From the NCBI GenBank assembly GCA_043801585.1, contig JAZDLX010000023.1, forward strand, positions 1 to 12,896: a stretch of 12,896 nt of DNA, given 5' to 3'. The DNA is from a bacterium. Lineage in GTDB: Bacteria > Electryoneota > Electryoneia > Electryoneales > Electryoneaceae. Under the pieces are notes generated by a model that made no database searches, had not been told where the DNA came from, and worked only from the letters and a program-made list of their open reading frames with translations. This document shows positions 1-5,823 of this stretch, piece after piece; within the stretch, counting starts at the first letter, position 1, and every line of letters starts with the position of its first letter. Made by a program: the position numbers and the translations under genes.

Positions 1-1163
1 ATCAGTTTCTCGCCGACCATGTCCACCGCCATCACCAGCGCGGCGCGCCCGTTGCGCTTGCCCACACGGGTCTGCAGCATCCAGAGACGACCGTTCTGGA
101 TGGTGAACTCGAGGTCCTGCATATCCTTGTAATGCTTCTCGAGCTTGCTGCGGATCGCCACCAGGTCCTGATACGCCTTTGGCATCATTTTTTCGAGCGT
201 CGGCAGTTTCTTGTTCGCACCACGCTGGCTTTCCTTGTTGATCGCGAAGGGGGTGCGGGTGCCGGCGACCACATCCTCGCCCTGGGCGTTGGTCAGCCAC
301 TCGCCGTAGAAAACGTTGTTGCCCGTTGCGGGGTCGCGGGTGAACGCCACGCCGGTCGCGGATTTGTCGCTGATATTGCCGAAAACCATCGTCTGCACAT
401 TCACCGCCGTGCCCCACTTCTCCGGGATGCCTTCGATCCGGCGGTAGCTGATCGCACGCTTGCCACGCCAGGACTGAAAAACCGCACGGATCGCGCCGAG
501 AAGCTGCTCCCATGGATCGTCCGGGAACTCGGAACCGAGCACCTTTTTGACCGTTTTCTTGTACTCTTCGACGAGTTTCTTCAGATCGGCGGCGGTCAGC
601 TGACTGTCATTCTTGTACCCCTTCTTCCGCTTGACCGCTTCAAGGAGACGCTCGAGGCTCGGGCGGACAGCCTTTTCTTCATTCTTGTGCTCGACGCCGG
701 CAGCCTTTTCCATCACGACGTCGGAATACATCGTGATCAGGCGGCGGTAGCTGTCATAAACAAAACGCTCGTTGCCGCCAAACTCTTTAATCAGGCCGGG
801 AATCGTTGACGTGGCGAGACCGACGTTCAGTACCGTTTCCATCATCCCGGGCATCGACTGGCGGGCGCCTGAACGGACCGAGACGAGCAGCGGTTTTTGG
901 GCGTCGCCGAATCCGTGACCCATCACCTTCTCGACCATCTTCATGTTCTCTTTGACCTGGTCGATCAGCGCCCCGGTCATTTTGCCGCCGCTGTTGAAGT
1001 ACTCGGTGCACATCTCCGTCGTGATCGTGAATCCGGGCGGCACCGGGAGTCCGAGGTTGGTCATCTCGGCGAGGTTGGCGCCTTTGCCGCCGAGGAGTTC
1101 TTTCATCCCTGCATTGCCGTCGGCCTTGCCGTCCCCGAAGTAGTAAACGTATTTCTTCGCCAC
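1..1163 (-). CDS. ppdK: Pyruvate, phosphate dikinase, N-terminal part (runs off the left edge; absent from the ORF track)
   Basis: Manual translation from GTG at 1163: MAKKYVYYFGDGKADGNAGMKELLGGKGANLAEMTNLGLPVPPGFTITTE...PLLVSVRSGA...GTAVNVQTMVFGN...SATGVAFTRDPATG...NAQGEDVVAGTRTP...DMQDLEFTIQNGRLWMLQTRVGKR. SD AGGAGG on the minus strand at ~1173-1178. Confidence 0.97.
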   Translation of the reverse strand, partial: MAKKYVYYFGDGKADGNAGMKELLGGKGANLAEMTNLGLPVPPGFTITTEMCTEYFNSGGKMTGALIDQVKENMKMVEKVMGHGFGDAQKPLLVSVRSGARQSMPGMMETVLNVGLATSTIPGLIKEFGGNERFVYDSYRRLITMYSDVVMEKAAGVEHKNEEKAVRPSLERLLEAVKRKKGYKNDSQLTAADLKKLVEEYKKTVKKVLGSEFPDDPWEQLLGAIRAVFQSWRGKRAISYRRIEGIPEKWGTAVNVQTMVFGNISDKSATGVAFTRDPATGNNVFYGEWLTNAQGEDVVAGTRTPFAINKESQRGANKKLPTLEKMMPKAYQDLVAIRSKLEKHYKDMQDLEFTIQNGRLWMLQTRVGKRNGRAALVMAVDMVGEKL

Positions 1164-1241
1164 GATTGGCTTCCTCCTGCTGAGCGTTGTCTGCACTTGC
1201 CGAGCGCCCCAAGGGTGCTTCGTTATGTTTTCACATCTTTA

Positions 1242-2030
1242 TCATCGGTTCATCCCGGGATACGCACGGGTAATCGTCAGCGTACTCCAGACAACCATCT
1301 GGTCCGCGTTGATCACTTCGTCCGGCGAAAGGGTCATCACGATTTTCGAGCTGAGGGCGTAGGCACCGAGCGGAACCGTTGTCGCCACCTCCAGATTGAT
1401 ATCCGTCACTCTCTCGCGCCGCGTCCAGGTGAAGGCCTTCCCGGTGAAGTTGGGCACGCTGTCATAGCCATAGCTCCAGAATCCGACACTGCTTCCGAGG
1501 AAAAGCAGCATTCCTCCCTGCATCGGGATTTCATGACCAAGGCGCAACTGAAGATAGGTGTCATGATTGTCCCACTTGTCCAGCTCATAGCTGATGGAGG
1601 CGACAGGCATCCCCGGCCAGTCCGGGCGTCCCAGCTCGACAAACAGTTCATTGACCGTCGTCGCATCGTCAGGCCAACCGTCCAGTCTCGGCAGCGAGAG
1701 GTGGAACAGTCCCGCCCGACCCTGCCACTCGCCGAAACCACGTACGTAGCTGACCGTGGCATCCACTTCATCCGCATCGGCGATCCAGCTGTTGATCCGG
1801 TTTGTCATCGCAACATAGCCCCAGACGCTGACTTCCAGCCCTGATTGTCCCTTGATCCAGGTAATGGAGGGCGTGAAGACCGGGGTATAATTGTTGTACA
1901 TGTTGATGCCCCGGAAGATGTAGTCGGAGGCAACGGTGGCGTCGAGCATCACCTCGGCCCGCGATGCAGGCACGAGGAGCAGAAACGCCAGGAACATCCC
2001 CACAGCTTTCGAGAACAATCTTTGCGTCAT
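1242..2030 (-). CDS. Secreted/outer-membrane beta-barrel protein, TorF/Gcw_chp (TIGR02001)-like putative porin
   Basis: Signal peptide (…LLLVPASRA/EV), N-terminal ASDYIFRG motif, an EVD-x-x-x-x-Y segment and alternating amphipathic beta-strands. ATG overlaps the upstream gene's TGA (ATGA at 2027-2030). Confidence 0.7.
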   Translation of the reverse strand: MTQRLFSKAVGMFLAFLLLVPASRAEVMLDATVASDYIFRGINMYNNYTPVFTPSITWIKGQSGLEVSVWGYVAMTNRINSWIADADEVDATVSYVRGFGEWQGRAGLFHLSLPRLDGWPDDATTVNELFVELGRPDWPGMPVASISYELDKWDNHDTYLQLRLGHEIPMQGGMLLFLGSSVGFWSYGYDSVPNFTGKAFTWTRRERVTDINLEVATTVPLGAYALSSKIVMTLSPDEVINADQMVVWSTLTITRAYPGMNR

Positions 2031-2764
2031 GATTCACGATCTCCGCTGGGCGCAACCGATTTTTCAGTCTGGTAATATAGGCAAAGGTCGCGTGCCAGGC
2101 AGGACTCGCATTCCGGCCTGCGAGCGTGGCAAACCTCACGGCCATGCCGAATCAGATGCAGGTGAAACGAGTACGATTTGCCTTCGGGAACCAGCTCCCG
2201 CATAGCCTTGAACGTTTTTACCGGATCGAAGGAGTCCGGCACGAATCCCAGTCTCCGGCACAAACGGTGCACGTGGGTGTCCACCGGAAAAACGTCCTGG
2301 CCAAGGTCGAACGCGAGTACCACCGCCAGGGTCTTGTGCTTCACGCCGGAAAGGTGCCCGAAGATTTCCAGCGCCTGGTCGAAGTCCATTCCTTTCAGAG
2401 CGTCTGCGGTGTAATCGCCATAGGTCTCGTAAACATAACCGAGCAGTTTCTGGATGCGCTCCGCTTTCTGGTTGTTCAATCCGGCGATCCGAATAGTCTC
2501 GGCAAGCTGTTTGACCGGGGCGTGGTGAACCTCACGCCAACCCGGATAACGCTCCACCATCCGATCATACGCAGCAAAAGCGTTCGGGTCGGTCGTGTTG
2601 TGGGACAGCAGCGTTCGCACCAGGCCCGCCATCGGATCGCGCATTCCGGGAAAGCGTATCGTACCCTTCACCTCCTCAAACCGCTGGACAATATCGGCAA
2701 CCCGATCATGCATCACATGAACGTTAGCGGATTCTGGATTGGGGAGTTTTTTCTTCCGAGACAT
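2027..2764 (-). CDS. Endonuclease III-family HhH-GPD DNA glycosylase with 4Fe-4S cluster
   Basis: Motifs LVRTLLSHNTTD, HhH LSGVKHKT (catalytic Lys), FPVDTHVHR (catalytic Asp) and C-x6-C-x2-C-x5-C (CHARRPECESCLARDLC). Start taken as ATG 2764 (MSRKKK); the ORF extends to 2896 and the true start is uncertain. Confidence 0.92.
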   Translation of the reverse strand: MSRKKKLPNPESANVHVMHDRVADIVQRFEEVKGTIRFPGMRDPMAGLVRTLLSHNTTDPNAFAAYDRMVERYPGWREVHHAPVKQLAETIRIAGLNNQKAERIQKLLGYVYETYGDYTADALKGMDFDQALEIFGHLSGVKHKTLAVVLAFDLGQDVFPVDTHVHRLCRRLGFVPDSFDPVKTFKAMRELVPEGKSYSFHLHLIRHGREVCHARRPECESCLARDLCLYYQTEKSVAPSGDRES

Positions 2765-2952
2765 GACGATCTCCGGGCAGGATGTGAGGTTCACGAAGCG
2801 CTCAAAGGTAGGGAGGAGAACTCGAGGCTTCCAGAGGAGATCGAGGGCTTTCCCGTGGGCGGAGACGTTGGAACCAGAGAACCCATGAACCGCCATTCGT
2901 TGTTCCGCCGGTTCCTCCGTCCGACAACCGACGGACGATGAATAAACGAACC

Positions 2953-3035
2953 GAAAAATGTACCAGGTACTTTCCTGCCGTCACTGTCCACAACGCCCTC
3001 AAGTACTCACCACCGTTGTACCTGGTACATTTTTC
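2953..3035. repeat. Inverted repeat doublet 1: GAAAAATGTACCAGGTAC ... GTACCTGGTACATTTTTC
   Basis: Perfect 18-bp inverted arms at 2953-2970 and 3018-3035 with a 47-bp spacer. Each arm contains the palindrome GTACC-W-GGTAC. The same element recurs at 12306-12389. Confidence 0.9.
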
Positions 3036-3190
3036 TGGCAATGGTGCACCCCCGCTTCCGTTGAGGGTGGCCCAGGTGACTTGTCCACACGGGTTTCATG
3101 GTGTGAATGAAAACCGTCAAATGTCCGTGTAAGCTTTCCGACTGCGCGAAGGATCTGACATAACGATTGAAGCAGCGTTACGGTCTCCCC

Positions 3191-3219
3191 CTGACACGAC
3201 ATCACAATATTGTTATACT
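3191..3219 (+). promoter_or_regulatory. Sigma70-type promoter with embedded palindromic operator, upstream of the toxin pseudogene
   Basis: CTGACA (3191-3196), 17 bp, then TGnTATACT extended -10 (3211-3219). Perfect palindrome ACAATATTGT at 3204-3213 inside the spacer. Confidence 0.65.
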
Positions 3220-3243
3220 TGGATGAAAGGATGGACGATCTTC

Positions 3244-3576
3244 ATGGGTGAAACAGAGCCCGGTCCCGTCATCAAGATGTACAAGGAAGATGAAGATGTT
3301 CCATTATTGATGTGGCTTGATGAACTGGACCAGAAGAACAGAGAAAAAGCGCTTTCCAGAATCGAGTTGCTCCGTGATTTTGGTTATGAACTGAAGCGAC
3401 CTATCGCCGATACGTTGCGGAATGGCATCCATGAATTGCGTTGGAAGGACTCGCAACACAACTAACGCATCCTCTATGGATTTTATAGTAAGAACGCGGT
3501 GATGCTTTCCCACGGCTACACGAAGGAAGACAAGGTGCCGGATGCCGAGATTGATCTGGCGGTGAAACGATTATAG
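3244..3576 (+). pseudogene. Type II TA toxin, RelE/ParE superfamily (Gp49/HigB-like), interrupted by an in-frame TAA
   Basis: WLDELD...RIELLRDFGYELKRPIADTLRNGIHELRWKDSQHN*RILYGFYSKNAVMLSHGYTKEDKVPDAEIDLAVKRL*. Family-typical sequence (RILY, L-HG-K, P--EI--A) continues in frame after TAA 3463-3465. The start is probably ATG 3244 given the promoter position. Confidence 0.85.
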
Positions 3577-3586
3577 AGGGCGAAAT

Positions 3587-3613
3587 CGGATCCTGAGCGA
3601 AGCGAAGGATCCG
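3587..3613. repeat. Hairpin CGGATCCT-GAGCGAAGCGA-AGGATCCG (REP-like or terminator)
   Basis: 8-bp perfect stem and 11-nt loop, followed by TGTTTT, between convergent genes. Confidence 0.45.
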
Positions 3614-3703
3614 TGTTTTCAGAAGGTGAAAATTCGTCAATACATTCGACTGTTCATTTGGAAAACAACACGGTCTTCGTGCTGCGGTAAAACGATCAGA
3701 ACC

Positions 3704-4237
3704 TCAAACGATTCGAATCCCTGCCATGCGGGCTTCCTCTGTGAGCTTCTGGACTTCGTCGACGTCCCCCACCTGACGGTACGCTTCGATCAGACCGACG
3801 ATGGCGAGCGGTTGATTCTTCTGAACCAGCAGAACCTTTCGCAGGATATCGATGGCTTCGCGGGACCGACCGAGTTCGACAAGCGCCAATCCGAGGCTCA
3901 ACTGCGCGGTGCTGTTGCGAGGTGTGATCTCCAATGAACGGCGCGCGCAGTCAACGGCGAGGTCGTGCTTTCCCGTTTCACGGTAGGCGAGTGCAAGGTT
4001 CGCCCAGCCGTGCCCGAACCGTTCATCGATCTCTGTCGCCTGCTCAAGAACCCGCCTCGCCGAATCCCAATCCTGCAACCCCATGTGTCCGGCGGCAAGT
4101 TGAAACCAGACCGTGGCATCCCCCCCGCCGGAGTCTATTTTCGCTTTCGCTTCATCAACGAGAGCCTGCGCACGGCTGGCCTGCTGCCGTGCCAGCGCCT
4201 TCTCTGTGTCTTCCTGCGTGGGCATACGTATAGCCAT
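3704..4237 (-). CDS. Tetratricopeptide repeat (TPR) protein
   Basis: 177-aa ORF with about four TPR-like units (VWFQLAAGH, GWANLALAY...G...A, AQLSLGLAL...G...EA, AIVGLIEAY...G). Confidence 0.88.
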   Translation of the reverse strand: MAIRMPTQEDTEKALARQQASRAQALVDEAKAKIDSGGGDATVWFQLAAGHMGLQDWDSARRVLEQATEIDERFGHGWANLALAYRETGKHDLAVDCARRSLEITPRNSTAQLSLGLALVELGRSREAIDILRKVLLVQKNQPLAIVGLIEAYRQVGDVDEVQKLTEEARMAGIRIV

Positions 4238-4275
4238 GGCAGATGTTCCATGTTTCAGGGTTCAAGGCTATATAC

Positions 4276-4307
4276 AAAAGCGCCCGATCTCCAGAGAGAT
4301 CGGGCGC
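4276..4307 (-). terminator. Rho-independent terminator of the NYN gene
   Basis: 12-bp perfect stem (4280-4291 / 4296-4307) with a 4-nt loop, followed on the minus strand by TTTTGTAT, 17 bp after the NYN stop. Confidence 0.8.
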
Positions 4308-4324
4308 AACAATGTCATCCGTAC

Positions 4325-4912
4325 TTATGGCAGCTCGCCAAGTCCTTCTTCAGTCTGCTGGTTGCCGATGAAAATTTCCTCGAGGGATTCTTCGTTCAGG
4401 TAGAAAACCTTGTCGGCGCGAGTGGCAAGGGATTCGGAAAGTCCGCGCGGAAAGAACGCGCTGACAACTTCCAGTCCCATCTCTTTGCCGTATTCTACCA
4501 CCTCGGCAAGATCTTTGTCGCCGGACACAATCACGGCAATTTCACAGGCACGGTTTACGGCGAGCCGAACCAGGTCGATCGCCAGTTTCACATCCAGCCC
4601 TTTTTCGACCGCATAGTGCTTACGGCCGGTTTCCTCCCCACGCACCTGGTAATACACCAACTTGCCGAGACGCAGGGTGAGGTGTGGCGTGTGAGCAAGG
4701 TGGGTGATGAACCGTTGCTGTTTTTCGTAGTTATCCGGATCGAAATCCGGATCCACCCGGGCGTTGTAATAATAGATACGTAGCAACTCTCCATCGGCCA
4801 TTTCTGACAACTTGCGGCCGAAGCGATGGAAATCCACGTCCATTCGGCCGATGTTGTCGCGCAGACCATTGTAGAAATTGCTCCCGTCGATGAAGACGGC
4901 GACACGTTTCAT
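4325..4912 (-). CDS. NYN-domain (LabA/DUF88, PIN-like fold) protein, putative ribonuclease
   Basis: Motifs VAVFIDGSN, RIYYY, EKGLDVKLAIDL and IVSGDKDL, with the acidic active-site residues present. SD GGAGG at 4922-4926. Confidence 0.93.
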   Translation of the reverse strand: MKRVAVFIDGSNFYNGLRDNIGRMDVDFHRFGRKLSEMADGELLRIYYYNARVDPDFDPDNYEKQQRFITHLAHTPHLTLRLGKLVYYQVRGEETGRKHYAVEKGLDVKLAIDLVRLAVNRACEIAVIVSGDKDLAEVVEYGKEMGLEVVSAFFPRGLSESLATRADKVFYLNEESLEEIFIGNQQTEEGLGELP

Positions 4913-5092
4913 GGGAGTTTCCCTCCATCAATCAGACCGTCGATGCGCACTTCTCCAGCGTCGCACGGGTGTTCTGCAGGTGTTGGAATCGGTGCAATGA
5001 GGGCTGGCTGTCTGATTCCTATTGTGGCCTCGCATGGCTGTTCGGCGTTTCCTGCAGCCATCCGCGCGACTGGCCATTGTATTCGTTCATAG
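4909..5092. other. Candidate small peptide ORF with an internal repeat (+ 4943-5092, 49 aa; or - 5061-4909, 50 aa)
   Basis: Duplicated 21-nt block (4958-4978, 5027-5047) with differences confined to one codon position. It reads ASHGCSA twice on +, or AEQPCEA/AEHPCDA on -. Confidence 0.3.
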
Positions 5093-5106
5093 AGCGAATG
5101 TGTCAA
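5076..5106 (-). promoter_or_regulatory. Sigma70-type promoter with 19-bp spacer containing a dyad, facing the NYN gene
   Basis: Minus strand TTGACA (5106-5101), 19 bp, TACAAT (5081-5076). Dyad ATTCGTTC-ATA-GAGCGAAT at 5081-5099. Confidence 0.55.
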
Positions 5107-5245
5107 AAATGCACCCCCCGGGTTCGACCAGTCAAGCTCTTTTTTTTCTTTCCGAGCCTAATTCTCCATGTTCTCAACGCAATTTCCCGGATTTCACCAA
5201 ACCTTCCGCACAGGCCAGGAACACACTCGCTCCACGCGTATGTAC

Positions 5246-5275
5246 TTGGCAAACCGGGCCTGTATTCCGTATTCT
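5246..5275 (+). promoter_or_regulatory. Possible sigma70 promoter of the EIIA-SSS operon
   Basis: TTGGCA (5246-5251), 18 bp, TATTCT (5270-5275), followed by a leader hairpin CCCCTTCACC...GGTGAAAGGGG (5283-5314). Confidence 0.35.
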
Positions 5276-5350
5276 CAGGGCACCCCTTCACCGTCGGTGC
5301 GAGGGTGAAAGGGGACAGGAATCTTTCGCAATTTCATGACGAGGAGGCCG

Positions 5351-5821
5351 ATGCGTTTGGGCGAGCTGATCGACGAACGCTCCATCGATATGTACCTCGA
5401 GCCGCAGGAGCGTGAGGCAGTCATCGAGACCTTGGTGAACCGTTTGTCCGAATCCGGTCTGGTTTCTGATCGCGAGGAGGTACTCGACGCCGTCCTGGAA
5501 CGTGAACGTGCTCTTTCGACAGGGGTTGGTGCAGGCGTCGCGGTTCCCCACGCCACCGTGGAAGGACTCGAACGGGCTGTCGTCAGCTTCGGGCGCTCCC
5601 TCAAGGGGATTGAATTCGGCGCCCTCGATGAAAAACCTGTCCGCCTCGTTTTTCTGCTGTTGGCTCCCCAGGAAGAAATCTCCCTGCACCTGAAACTGCT
5701 CTCGCGTGTTTCGCGCCTCTGCAACAGCGAAACCTTCCGAGAAGCGCTTCTCGCCGCTTCCGACCCTGCGGAAGTGCTGAACATCCTCCGTGATTACGAG
5801 TCAGAACTCCAGGAGCTTTAG
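5351..5821 (+). CDS. Stand-alone PTS EIIA component (Fru/Man-ol/Ntr class, PTS_EIIA_2)
   Basis: Motifs VLERERALSTGVGAGVAVPHA (phosphorylated His), GIEFGALDEKPVRLVFLL and HLKLLSRVSRL. SD GAGGAGG at 5341-5347 precedes ATG 5351; the ORF track start is 5336. Confidence 0.93.
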   Translation: MRLGELIDERSIDMYLEPQEREAVIETLVNRLSESGLVSDREEVLDAVLERERALSTGVGAGVAVPHATVEGLERAVVSFGRSLKGIEFGALDEKPVRLVFLLLAPQEEISLHLKLLSRVSRLCNSETFREALLAASDPAEVLNILRDYESELQEL

Positions 5822-5823
5822 TC

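Noticed and set aside
132..1844. Long + strand ORFs 132-809 and 897-1844, and - strand ORF 787-1212
   Set aside because: These are antisense or off-frame shadows of ppdK and the OMP gene, common in GC-rich DNA, with no recognisable motifs.
2989..3012. Spacer of doublet 1 translates as HNALKYSP, resembling a histidine kinase N-box
   Set aside because: Only 8 residues with no flanking kinase similarity, so it cannot be distinguished from chance without a search.
3463..3465. Stop-codon recoding or readthrough in the toxin gene
   Set aside because: The codon is TAA, not the Sec (TGA) or Pyl (TAG) codon, and other genes in the window use TAA, TAG and TGA as normal stops.
3712..3722. 11-bp match TTCGAATCCCT to the tRNA-Ser T-arm (10892-10902) as a possible att site
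   Set aside because: It lies inside the TPR coding end, does not extend to the tRNA 3' end, is upstream of the tRNA, and no integrase is present.
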